The notes: generated from the letters alone by a model not told the origin. Positions 37,767 to 46,692 are shown, counted from the first letter of the stretch. The stretch is DNA of 64,000 bases from Sphingomonas sp. (GCA_017304655.1 JAFKLY010000009.1:117136-181135), one strand, 5' to 3'. Numbers and translations are program-made.

Positions 37767-38915
37767 ATGATGGACGCCCTTTTCAAACCATTCGACCTAT
37801 CTGGCTTGGAGCTGCCTAATCGCATCTTCATGGCCCCGTTGACCCGCTCGCGCGGCCCCGACGACGACGCCACGGATCTCGTTGCCCTCTAATATACGCA
37901 ACGCGCGACCGCTGGCCTGATCGTGTCGGAAGGCTCGCCGATCTCGCATGAAGGCCAAGGATATTTTTACAATCCCGGCATCTTCACCCCTGCACAAATT
38001 GCTGGATGGCGGCGGGTTACAGACTCGGTTCATGCGGTCGGCGGTCGCATGTTTATCCAACTCTGGCATGTCGGACGCATAGCCCACGCCTCGAACCAGC
38101 CTGAGGGCCGCGCCCCAGTCAGCTCGACCGATCGCGCAGCGGAAGGCGCGATGGCGTTTGGCCGCGCCGATGATGGTACAATCGGCTTTGTCCCAGCATC
38201 CCGCCCGCGCGCTCTCGATACCGAAGAAGTAGCGCGCGTCGTAGAAGACTTTGCGACTGCTGCACGCAACGCGATGTCTGCGGGCTTCGATGGTGTCGAA
38301 CTTCACGCGGCGAACGGCTACCTGTTCGACCAATTTCTGAATCCGCATATTAATGATCGGACTGACCGCTACTCGGCCGCGACGATCCAGAGGCGGATGC
38401 GCTTCACCCTTGAGGTCGTCGATGCCGTTAGTGCGGCGATCGGCCCGCATCGGGTGGGCATCCGCCTGACGCCTTACGGGGTCATCGGCTCGGTTCCGAT
38501 GTTCGATGACGCAGAGGAAACCTATGTCGCTCTAGGCAAGGCCCTAGGTGAACGTGGGATCGCCTACTTTCACGTCATGGATCAGACGGGGTTCTTCAAC
38601 ACCCCTGCCGGTCAGAAGCCAACAAGCGAACTTATCAAGGAACTGCTGATCAAGTGGCGCTCGGTCGCGCCGCATACGGCAATCCTGCTGGACGGTGGCA
38701 TGACGAAGGCGCGGGCGAACGAGCTTATCACCAATGGTGTCATCGACCTCGCCGGCTTCGGTCAGCCGTTCATCGCCAATCCCGATCTGGTCGCCCGTCT
38801 GCGCCACGACTGGCCGCTCAATCAGCCCGATCGCGCGACATACTATGAGGGCGGCGCTCATGGCTATGTCGATTACCCCCCGTACCGCCCCGCCGACGAG
38901 CCTGTTGCAGGCTGA
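37767..38915 (+). pseudogene. Old Yellow Enzyme-family NADH:flavin oxidoreductase interrupted by a single in-frame TAA
   Basis: ATG 37767 gives MMDALFKPFDLSGLELPNRIFMAPLTRSRGPDDDATDLVAL, then TAA (37890-37892). The same frame continues YTQRATAGLIVSEGSPIS... to 38915 (track ORF 37923..38915). The family consensus has Tyr at the stop position (ALYYxQRA). Confidence 0.75.
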
Positions 38916-38957
38916 CGCTAGCAACGCACCGCACCCCAAGCGAAGAAGGATAGATCC

Positions 38958-39731
38958 ATGCCCCAATATTCAGAACTGGGGGGCAAAGTTGCTCTCGTAA
39001 CCGGCGCCGGCTCCGGCATCGGCAGGTCGACCGCCATGGCGTTCGCAGGACAAGGCGCGCACGTCGTCGTCTCGGATATCAACCCCGATGCTGGCGAGGA
39101 AACTGTCAAGCTCATTCAGGAGGCTGGCGGCCAAGCGATCTTCGTCAAAACCGATGTAACCAAGGAAGGCGAGGTGCAGGCTGTGGTCGACCAGGCTGTC
39201 TCGACATTCGGGCGGCTCGATATCGCCTTCAACAACGCCGGCCTTACGCAAAACTCGGCCCCGCTCGCCGAGCAATCGTCCGACACTTACGACGAAATTT
39301 TCGACGTCTCCGTGCGCGGCGTGTGGCTTTCAATGCGCGCCGAAATCGCCCAGATGCTCAGGCAAGGGGGCGGCACGATCGTCAACATGGGGTCAATGTC
39401 GGCCGTCGTCGGCATTCCCGGTCTCACGACCTATTCAGGCTCCAAACATGCCGTCTTGGGCCTCACGCGGGGCGCTGCTCTGGACTATGCGAGGCAGGGC
39501 ATTCGCATCAACGCCGTCGGCCCGGGGACGATCGACACGCCTATGATCGACCGTTTCGTGGAGCTTGCGGGATCGGACAGCGTCATGGAGCCAATCCGCG
39601 CTGCGCATCCGATCGGCCGCACCGGCAAGCCCGAAGAAGTCGCCGAAGCGGTGCTGTGGCTGGCCTCCGACGCATCGAGCTTCGTCGTTGGCCAAATCCT
39701 CATGGTGGATGGCGGCTACTCGGTCCAGTAA
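38958..39731 (+). CDS. short-chain dehydrogenase/reductase (SDR)
   Basis: TGAGSGIGRS, NNAG and YSGSKHAV catalytic motif. Confidence 0.9.
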   Translation: MPQYSELGGKVALVTGAGSGIGRSTAMAFAGQGAHVVVSDINPDAGEETVKLIQEAGGQAIFVKTDVTKEGEVQAVVDQAVSTFGRLDIAFNNAGLTQNSAPLAEQSSDTYDEIFDVSVRGVWLSMRAEIAQMLRQGGGTIVNMGSMSAVVGIPGLTTYSGSKHAVLGLTRGAALDYARQGIRINAVGPGTIDTPMIDRFVELAGSDSVMEPIRAAHPIGRTGKPEEVAEAVLWLASDASSFVVGQILMVDGGYSVQ

Positions 39732-39791
39732 CACCACCTCGCCGGCTCGCCTTCGATAGCGTCGCCGGGGAGCCTTCAAGGGAACTCAGTA

Positions 39792-40625
39792 ATGCAGACA
39801 TGGTTCGTCACCGGCGCAAGCCGCGGCTTTGGCCTCGAAATCGCTCGCGCTGCGCTGGCCGCCGGTAACAAGGTCATCGCAACAGCTCGGGAACGCCAGC
39901 ACATAATCGACGCCCTGCAAGGCGATCATGATCGGCTATGCGCGCTGACGCTCGATGTGACGCAGCCCACCTCGGTCGACGCCGCGTTGCGCGAGGCGAT
40001 CGAGCGCTTCGGCAGGATCGACGTGCTGGTGAACAACGCCGGCTACGGTCAGCTCGGGGCTTTTGAGGAAGTGTCCCGCGACCAGCTCGCCCGCCAGTTC
40101 GACACAAATGTGTATGGCGTCTTTGACGTCACGCGCGTCGTTCTGCCGACGATGCGACGCCAGCGATCGGGCCACATCATCACCATTTCCTCCATCGCCG
40201 GGATGAGCGGGGGTGCGGGATCGTCCATCTACTGCGCGAGCAAGCACGCGGTCAGCGGATGGTCCGAAGCTCTGGCGGAGGAGTTGGCGCCGTTTGGGAT
40301 CAAGGTCACTTGCGTCTATCCTGGGCGCTTCCGCACGGACTTCCTCGATCGCAGCTCGGTCCGCTATGGCGACATTCCCATTGCGGACTACGCCGATTTT
40401 TCGGCGGCCCGCATGGAGTCGCTAGACGCCAACAATCACCAGCAGGCCGGCGATCCGCAAAAGTTCGCCCTGGCTATGGTCGATCTGGCCTCGAACGATG
40501 AACCGCCGGTTTGGCTAGCCGGTGGGTCCGAAGGCTACCGCGTATTCATGGCGAAAGCCGACGCGCTGCGCGACAACGCCGAAAGCTGGAAGGACGTATC
40601 TATCTCGCTTGATGTGGAAGACTAA
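39792..40625 (+). CDS. short-chain dehydrogenase/reductase (SDR)
   Basis: TGASRGFGLE, NNAG and YCASKHAV. Confidence 0.9.
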   Translation: MQTWFVTGASRGFGLEIARAALAAGNKVIATARERQHIIDALQGDHDRLCALTLDVTQPTSVDAALREAIERFGRIDVLVNNAGYGQLGAFEEVSRDQLARQFDTNVYGVFDVTRVVLPTMRRQRSGHIITISSIAGMSGGAGSSIYCASKHAVSGWSEALAEELAPFGIKVTCVYPGRFRTDFLDRSSVRYGDIPIADYADFSAARMESLDANNHQQAGDPQKFALAMVDLASNDEPPVWLAGGSEGYRVFMAKADALRDNAESWKDVSISLDVED

Positions 40626-40765
40626 GGTTCGCCGGCGGCGGCCGAGCACGCCGGGAGGCTGCAGCGCCAGCGGCCGCTTTCGTTTGATTCAGACGATCCA
40701 GTCAGAAGATCGAACGCCACAACCTGGGCGGGAGCCGTCGGTCGCTTGCCTCACAACTGGTGGTA

Positions 40766-40831
40766 GACTCCGCCGACATAGCCGACATTCGCGGGTTAAG
40801 AGTCACTAGTTGATACCTGCCGGTCATTCAT
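40766..40831 (+). repeat. att-like bipartite direct repeat, copy B
   Basis: Block 1 is GCCGACATAGCCGACATTCG (40772-40791, an internal tandem 9-mer GCCGACAT). A 23-nt spacer follows, then block 2 ACCTGCCGGTCATTCAT (40815-40831). It lies 43 nt from the recombinase gene stop. Confidence 0.7.
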
Positions 40832-40838
40832 ATGGTAA

Positions 40839-40869
40839 ACCGGCTTCCCGGATATCTCGGGAAGCCGGT
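40839..40869. terminator. strong stem-loop immediately downstream of the recombinase gene
   Basis: ACCGGCTTCCCG (40839-40850) pairs perfectly with CGGGAAGCCGGT (40858-40869) around a 7-nt loop. T-rich flanks occur on both strands (GGTTTCAAATTT / TTTACCATATG). Confidence 0.6.
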
Positions 40870-40873
40870 GGTT

Positions 40874-41506
40874 TCAAATTTCGGTCCGTTCGGATAGCGT
40901 CAAAGCATCATCGACATCTACGCCAAGGTATCTGACGGTATTTTCGATGTTGGTGTGCCCGAGCGGGATTTGCACAGCGCGAAGATTGCCTGTGGCTTTG
41001 TAAATCAGCGCTGCCTTGGTCCGCCGCATTGAGTGCGTACCATATTCCCGTTTGTCGAGGCCGATCGTCGTCACCCATTCGTCGACGAGGCGGGCATATT
41101 GTCGCGTGCTCAAATGACCGAGGTAATCGATCCTGCTTGGAAATACGAAATCGCAGATCGTCCCAGAGCGCCGATCTAGCCAGACTTTCAGGCTCTTGCG
41201 TGCCTCAGACATGATCTCGAATTGTACCGGGCGACCAGTCTTTTGCTGAATGACGGTCGCACGATCACGAAAGGAGCCTGCGCTGATCAGATCGCCTATC
41301 CTCATCTTCACCAGATCGCAGCCACGCAATTTGCTGTCGATCGCAAGATCGAACAAAGCTCGATCGCGCAGGCGCCTGTGTTCGTCGAGATAAAAACGGA
41401 TTGCCCAGATATCACGCGGCTTGAGCGCGCGCTTCGGTCCAACATTCTGTCCTGCATTCCAAGGACGCCGATCATGTATGGCGGGGTCAAGGTCTGAATG
41501 GCCCAT
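40874..41506 (-). CDS. tyrosine-type site-specific recombinase/integrase (short form)
   Basis: Catalytic-domain pattern DSKLRGCDLVKMRIGDL, THSMRRTKAALIY, LGHTNIENTVRYLG (R..HxxR..H..Y). ATG at 41506. Confidence 0.85.
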   Translation of the reverse strand: MGHSDLDPAIHDRRPWNAGQNVGPKRALKPRDIWAIRFYLDEHRRLRDRALFDLAIDSKLRGCDLVKMRIGDLISAGSFRDRATVIQQKTGRPVQFEIMSEARKSLKVWLDRRSGTICDFVFPSRIDYLGHLSTRQYARLVDEWVTTIGLDKREYGTHSMRRTKAALIYKATGNLRAVQIPLGHTNIENTVRYLGVDVDDALTLSERTEI

Positions 41507-41588
41507 GATAGTTCTCCGATGGCCGGAATTGGCCAGCGAGAGTATAGTCCCAATGCCCCGCAACCTTCAGACAAGTGTCGCGCGACAC

Positions 41589-41617
41589 TTGACGATTCTG
41601 CATTGCTTTGGTATATC
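41589..41617 (+). promoter_or_regulatory. candidate sigma-70 promoter of higBA
   Basis: TTGACG (41589-41594), a 17-nt spacer and TATATC (41612-41617). The ATG at 41624 follows only 6 nt later, which would give a near-leaderless mRNA. Confidence 0.4.
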
Positions 41618-41623
41618 CCAAGA

Positions 41624-41914
41624 ATGGAAATCGAGAGCATCAGGCACAAAGGCCTGCGCCGCTTCTTTGAAACGGGCAACGCTAAAGGTTTGATTGGAGA
41701 TGCTGGGCGACTGCGCAAGATGCTTGCATTCGTCGACGCTGCGGAAAACCTTGAAGAACTGTCCGTGCCACCGAACTTCGGACTGCATGAGCTGACAGGT
41801 GATCGGAAGGGAAGCTGGTCGATGACGGTTACGAGAAATTGGCGGATGACCTTCGGGGTGAATGACGAAGGTGCGCTAATCGATATGGATTTGGAGGATT
41901 ATCATGGCGCTTAA
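41624..41914 (+). CDS. higB: HigB-type (RelE/ParE superfamily) toxin
   Basis: MEIESIRHKGLRRFFETG...LHELTGDRKGSWSMTVTRNWRMTF...DLEDYH matches the plasmid-maintenance killer protein pattern. Confidence 0.85.
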   Translation: MEIESIRHKGLRRFFETGNAKGLIGDAGRLRKMLAFVDAAENLEELSVPPNFGLHELTGDRKGSWSMTVTRNWRMTFGVNDEGALIDMDLEDYHGA

Positions 41915-42236
41915 GATGCACCCTTCGCTCGCCGTCCACGTTGGCGACTGGTTGAAGACGGAAATCGTAGAGCCCGCGCAGGTCAGCGTGACGGCTTTGG
42001 CCGAGCATTTTGGCGTATCGAGGCAGGCATTGAGTACGTTGCTGAACGGCAATGCAAACCTGTCTGCCGATATGGCTATTCGGTTTGAGAAGGCTTTCGG
42101 GATCAAAGCCGACACTCTGTTGCGGATGCAGACGGCCTATGAGCTGGCCCAGGCTCGCGCGCATGAGCAGGACATTAAGGTTCAAAAGTTCGCCAGAGCG
42201 GCCCGAAACCTGCCATTTACTAATATTTTCGACTAA
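41904..42236 (+). CDS. higA: HigA-type antitoxin (XRE helix-turn-helix)
   Basis: HPSLAVHVGDWLKTEIVEP..VSVTALAEHFGVSRQALSTLLNGNANLSADMAIRFEKAFG. It overlaps higB by 11 nt. Confidence 0.85.
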   Translation: MALKMHPSLAVHVGDWLKTEIVEPAQVSVTALAEHFGVSRQALSTLLNGNANLSADMAIRFEKAFGIKADTLLRMQTAYELAQARAHEQDIKVQKFARAARNLPFTNIFD

Positions 42237-42257
42237 GCTCTGAATCGCTCTAACATT

Positions 42258-44060
42258 TCATGCGGGCTTGCTCCTGTAGTTTTCGAGCAATCTCTGCTGC
42301 CGCTCCTCGCGCACCACGAGACCTTCATTGAGCAGCAGTTCAAAGCGATGCTCATCCAACGGCGGCGCGAACAGAAAACCTTGCCCCACTGAGCAGCCCA
42401 GTTCGCGCATGATAGCGCGTTCGGCCTCCGTCTCGATCCCTTCCGCGACAACGCGAGTGTCCAGTGCAGCGCCAAGCTTCACGATGCTCTCAACGATCAC
42501 GCGCTTGACGCTGCTTTCCGCCACATCCCGAACGAAACTGCGGTCAATCTTCAGCTCGCTCAATGGAAACCGCTCCAGATAACGCAGGTTGGAATAGCCA
42601 GTCCCGAAATCATCGATCGAAATGCTCACGCCCAGGCGCCGTAAATGTTCGAACGCTCGGCGGATATCGTCCGGCTCCGGGGCCATGAGGTTCTCGGTGA
42701 GCTCCAGCGTCAACCATTCAGCCCGACAGCCCGTCTCCTCCAGCACCCGTTCAACAGAGGCGACCATATCCTGTCGTGTGAATTCCATCACCGACACGTT
42801 GAGCGCAAAGCGGAACGGCGCTCGGCGGCTCTGATTGATCCGTGCAGCATAGGCCGCCAGCGTCCGCAGGCCCCAGGCGCCGATATCCATGATCGCGCCG
42901 GTTTCCTCAGCGACGCCGATGAACCGCATGGGTTGCTGGAGGCCGAATGCACCGTGGTTCCAACGCAGCAGTGCTTCGGCGCCGATCAGGTCCCCCGAGC
43001 CGAGATCGACCTGGGGTTGATAGTGGAACAGCAGTTCCTCATTCGAAACCGCCGATTGCAATTCATTCGCCAGCCTTACGCGGTTGCGCGCGTCCCGATC
43101 GTCCGCCTCCGCAAATGGACGCGGTGTATGATCGGGCAAAGCCTTGGAGTGTTGCAATGCGGCGCCAGCCCGGCGCAGGAACTGCAGCGGGTCGCTGCCA
43201 GCGACGCCAATGGTGTAGCCAGCAGCGAACTGCACCGCGAGTGACGCACCGGGCAGGATGAAGCGCGGCCTCAACAGGTCGAGGACGTCGCTAACGATTT
43301 GCCCGGCCATGCCTACATCGACGAGCTCGAAAGCGAGCACGAAATTATTGCCGTCGATGCGGGATATCGCCACTGCTGGCAGCGTGCCGAGACGCGCGCT
43401 TGCCGAGCAAAGCAGGGCATCGCCAACATCATAACCGAAGCCATTGTTAACATCGTGAAACCGCAAAATGTCGAGCTTGATGACCAGCAGGACGGAGCCC
43501 GCCTGCATCTCGATCTGCGCCAGCCGGTCAAGCAATCCGTTGCGGTCAAGCAGACCTGTCAGGCGATCGACACCAGCCGCGTGCGTTACATCCCGGATGA
43601 TGCCAACGAAATGCGTGAGGTGACCCTGATTGTCGTGAAGCGGCTCGAGACGCAGAGCGTTGCGGAACATTGTTCCGTCCCGCCGGAAATTGCGCAGCGT
43701 GACCGAACAGGCATGCCCCTCCGCAAGGGCAGCGCGTATCTCCGCGAGCTCAGGCTGCAACCGGTCGCTTCCTTGCAGGTAACGGCAATTCTTGCCAATC
43801 GCCTCGCAAGCGGGATAGCCGGTGATCCTCTCGAACGCTGGGTTCACCTGGATGATGGGGTGCCCTCGCAAACGCATGTCGGCGACGAGGACGCCATCGC
43901 TGATATGATCGAGGGCGAGTCGGGAAATAGCGTCCTCAACCGCTGGCTTTTCCGGGCGGTCGATCAGGCTAGGCCATTGCATCACATTGAAATCGGCGCC
44001 TGCTGGCACAATGGCGCCTTCGCCTCCACCATGTATCATCGCGCAAACCTTCGCGGCCAC
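42258..44060 (-). CDS. LOV (blue-light PAS) - degenerate GGDEF - EAL signalling protein
   Basis: LOV signature NPAFERITGY..GKNCRYLQG (Cys codon at 43787-43785), LRNFRRDGTMF and FVGIIRDVT. The GGDEF site is replaced by RIDGNNF. The EAL domain is intact (GAEALLRWNH, DDFGTGYSNL, KIDRSF). Confidence 0.85.
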   Translation of the reverse strand: MAAKVCAMIHGGGEGAIVPAGADFNVMQWPSLIDRPEKPAVEDAISRLALDHISDGVLVADMRLRGHPIIQVNPAFERITGYPACEAIGKNCRYLQGSDRLQPELAEIRAALAEGHACSVTLRNFRRDGTMFRNALRLEPLHDNQGHLTHFVGIIRDVTHAAGVDRLTGLLDRNGLLDRLAQIEMQAGSVLLVIKLDILRFHDVNNGFGYDVGDALLCSASARLGTLPAVAISRIDGNNFVLAFELVDVGMAGQIVSDVLDLLRPRFILPGASLAVQFAAGYTIGVAGSDPLQFLRRAGAALQHSKALPDHTPRPFAEADDRDARNRVRLANELQSAVSNEELLFHYQPQVDLGSGDLIGAEALLRWNHGAFGLQQPMRFIGVAEETGAIMDIGAWGLRTLAAYAARINQSRRAPFRFALNVSVMEFTRQDMVASVERVLEETGCRAEWLTLELTENLMAPEPDDIRRAFEHLRRLGVSISIDDFGTGYSNLRYLERFPLSELKIDRSFVRDVAESSVKRVIVESIVKLGAALDTRVVAEGIETEAERAIMRELGCSVGQGFLFAPPLDEHRFELLLNEGLVVREERQQRLLENYRSKPA

Positions 44061-44386
44061 GATGGTGCGATGGATTTTCTGGGCTTCACCGTTATGCTCG
44101 TGTCGGAATCAGATCGCATGTCATGCCTCCAGGCATGACGATGATGCTTCGGGGTCTGGGGTTCAACGTCGGCGAGGTGACGTTTCGAGACATATAGACG
44201 CCATGTTCGTCCTGGGCATTCCCAAACTGATTAGAGCGCCCAGGCAGCCCGGTTTACGCCGATCGTCTCATCAAATCGTTCGACAGCGCAGCATCGCCAG
44301 AAGCGAGCCGATCCCGTTCGAACCTCTTGGACCGCAAGCAACCAGCCTGATGCTTTGCTGTGGAGCGGCCTACAATGATGATCCGG

Positions 44387-44707
44387 TTAGTAGTCCACAG
44401 GGGCCTCGTCACCCTCCTGAGACTCCAAGGCAATATTGCCAAGGCTGCTTTCGATCAGCCGGAGGTGCGCCAACACGGTATTTTGGAGTTCGCCGCATGC
44501 CGAGACAATCGCGGTGGCATAATCTCTCTGGGGTGCGGCAAGGTTCGTGTCGAGCTTGAGCAGTTCCGCAAATCCGCAGATGTGGGTCAGTGGCGTCCGC
44601 AGATCATGCGACAAGGTATGAAAATAGGTGTCGAACTGGCAATCCTTGCGCAGCGGGATGTTTTGCCATTGCTTGGCGACGTTATGAATCATGTGCTGAA
44701 ATCCCAC
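44387..44707 (-). CDS. HisKA (DHp) domain-only histidine-kinase fragment
   Basis: H-box FHTLSHDLRTPLTHICGFAELL. The ORF stops after about 106 aa with no HATPase_c domain, and none was recognised in the following 325 nt in any frame. Confidence 0.45.
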   Translation of the reverse strand: MGFQHMIHNVAKQWQNIPLRKDCQFDTYFHTLSHDLRTPLTHICGFAELLKLDTNLAAPQRDYATAIVSACGELQNTVLAHLRLIESSLGNIALESQEGDEAPVDY

Positions 44708-44844
44708 GTTCGCGTGGCAAAGCGACCGCCATTCTGCGTTTTTTTAGCTGATCGGTGCGCAGCGGCATTATGTTGCATGTCACGGGTTCTGCATCGAACG
44801 ATGTCTTTCAGCAGCCAGCGTGGCAACATGGATGGCGCGACGTT

Positions 44845-45843
44845 TCAGGACAAAATGGCAGCACCTTCTTCGTCGCTTGCGACTCCCGACCCGCTACTAT
44901 GAAAGCGCAGGCGATACTGGGCGGGCGTCACGCTCATCCTGCGCAGAAATGCGCGCCTGAGCGTCGTTGTAGAGCCAAACCCGGCAGCATAGGCAATCGC
45001 CTTGATCGGGGCGGAACTCTCTTCCAGCAATCGCCGCGCAATATCGATGCGGGTTAGCTCGACATAGGCAACCGGGTTCATCCCCAGCTCGGCCCGAAAC
45101 AGGCGGGAGAGATGGCGCGGGCTTACGCCAGCAATATGCGCAAGGGCTTCGAGGCTCAGCGTCTCGCGCGGATTTTCCAGAATATGCAGTCTGATGCGGT
45201 CAATCGGGCTGTTGGCTGCGGTTTGCGCCGTCAATACTGCGGAGAATTGCGATTGGCCGCCGGGCCGCTTGAGGAAAACAACCAGCCGGCGTGCCACCCA
45301 AAGTGCCAGAGCACGCCCATGATCTTCTTCGATAAGCGAGAAGGCGAGGTCTATGGCCGCAGTGACCCCGGCGGAACTGAACACGGGTCCATCACGCACA
45401 AAGATGCGGTCAGGCTCAACAAGAATGCCTGGAAAATCGGAGGAAAGACGCGCGGCATATTGCCAGTGCGTGGTTGCGCGGCGGCCCTCTAACAGTCCGG
45501 CATGGGCCAAGAGGAATGCTCCGGTGCAGGTCGACCCGTGCCGTCTCGACTGTAGTGCCTGCTCGCGCAACCACTGCTTGACGGAGGCGCTCGGAGGCGC
45601 CGGGAAGCCATATGGCCCCGCCACGATCAATGTGTCGCAGGGCTCGGTCACATCGTCGATGCCAGCATCTGGCACATAAATGATACCCGACGCGCTCCGC
45701 TCAGACGCGCCCCGTTCCGTAACCAGTTTGATGCGGTAGTGAGGACCTGATGCCATCTTGCAATTGGCTTCGAAGAGCGCGTCCTGTAAGCCGGCTATTT
45801 CAAGCAGGTGCACGTTGCTGGGAGCAAAGATTGTAATGAGCAT
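44845..45843 (-). CDS. GlxA-family (DJ-1/PfpI + AraC HTH) transcriptional regulator
   Basis: N-terminal DJ-1-like domain (STCTGAFLLAHAGLL) and C-terminal AraC HTH (LEALAHIAGVSPRHLSRLF, IKAIAYAAGFGS). Confidence 0.88.
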   Translation of the reverse strand: MLITIFAPSNVHLLEIAGLQDALFEANCKMASGPHYRIKLVTERGASERSASGIIYVPDAGIDDVTEPCDTLIVAGPYGFPAPPSASVKQWLREQALQSRRHGSTCTGAFLLAHAGLLEGRRATTHWQYAARLSSDFPGILVEPDRIFVRDGPVFSSAGVTAAIDLAFSLIEEDHGRALALWVARRLVVFLKRPGGQSQFSAVLTAQTAANSPIDRIRLHILENPRETLSLEALAHIAGVSPRHLSRLFRAELGMNPVAYVELTRIDIARRLLEESSAPIKAIAYAAGFGSTTTLRRAFLRRMSVTPAQYRLRFHSSGSGVASDEEGAAILS

Positions 45844-46124
45844 CGCCTGAACTCCCCTCTGCGGCGTAGCGGCGCCACTGATCGGAAAGACAGTAGGCCA
45901 GTAACACTCGATTACCTATTTATTGCGCAGCAGCCTGTCAGGACAGCTCCATGAACGGACGGAGGCTCAAACAGCGATCGTTCGATGAACGGATGGTCGT
46001 CTCAAGTGATTAGCACCCGAAAGCGCATTTACTCGATTGTCCCCGGACGTTGCCACTGCGACGCTTATCTGAACGGAGGGCAGCTTCACCTCACTCGCAC
46101 ATGGCAAGCGGACTTTCAGGACTG

Positions 46125-46144
46125 TCCGACAGAGCCGACGTTCA
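46125..46144 (+). repeat. partial third copy (block 1 only) of the att-like repeat
   Basis: TCCGACAGAGCCGACGTTCA matches block 1 of copy B at 16/20, including the tandem CCGAC 9-mers. No block 2 was found at the expected +23 offset. Confidence 0.4.
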
Positions 46145-46511
46145 TCGGAGCAGCGAATTTGGCCCAGCCGCCTTTGGCAGATGGAGAGATTTGACCGTGA
46201 CCGCCGTCCGCCAGGTTGCGTCACAAGCGACCTGCTGGGGTGGGGAGCCAGTTCCCCGCTTCTGCCTCTCCATCCTTCTTCCCTCCCCCCCCCCACGATG
46301 CCCCGCATGACGCGCGCGCCACTCCCCATCCGCATCGCATTTTCGGCTGTCCTACACCTTGTCCACCGTGGCAGCACGGAGGGACGCCGCCATCAACAGG
46401 CGACAGGACGGACGACGTGAGGCTCTTTCTTATTTGCGGCCCTTCAACAACCCGGCAGCGCAACGTCGCACGCGGGGCAGGCACTGACGCCCGCCTTTTC
46501 CGGCCGGCGCG

Positions 46512-46570
46512 AAAGTTGAGAGAAGCGGAAGTTCACGCCCCCGTGTCGTGAACTTTGTGAACTTCCGGCG
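46512..46570 (+). repeat. 60-bp palindromic repeat element, copy 1
   Basis: AAAGTTGAGAGAAGCGGAAGTTCACGCCCCCGTGTCGTGAACTTTGTGAACTTCCGGCG. The 5-prime arm GGAAGTTCACG can pair with either CGTGAACTT or GTGAACTTCC. It is about 88 percent identical to the reverse complement of 51126-51185. Confidence 0.7.
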
Positions 46571-46692
46571 TCCCGCGCGCTGTTGGATGGGCGACGCGCC
46601 CTTCGCTCACGACCCCGCCGGCCCCTCGCGCCGGTACAGCGCGACTCGATCCGGCCGGATTTCGTCCCTGCAGCCTGGCCACCATTGCGGGG

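Larger units (their letters stand above)
36503..46144. mobile_element. putative integrase-associated accessory segment made of two modules bounded by att-like repeat copies A, B and partial C
   Basis: Visibly more AT-rich intergenic DNA. It carries a tyrosine recombinase, a higBA addiction module and broken genes (OYE nonsense, HisKA-only fragment). Repeat copies lie at 36503, 40766 and 46125. It is inserted between the bufferin operon and rnpB. Confidence 0.4.

Noticed and set aside
46131-46185. Short frame AANLAQPPLADGEI-stop, considered as a tmRNA tag
   Set aside because: It does not end in the hydrophobic xAA tail typical of SsrA tags. No tRNA-like acceptor/T-arm or pseudoknot context was recognisable nearby.
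45967-46377. 136-aa minus-strand ORF in the GlxA-rnpB gap
   Set aside because: It has Arg/Gly/Ser-rich low-complexity translation, no RBS and no family resemblance. It is treated as non-coding.
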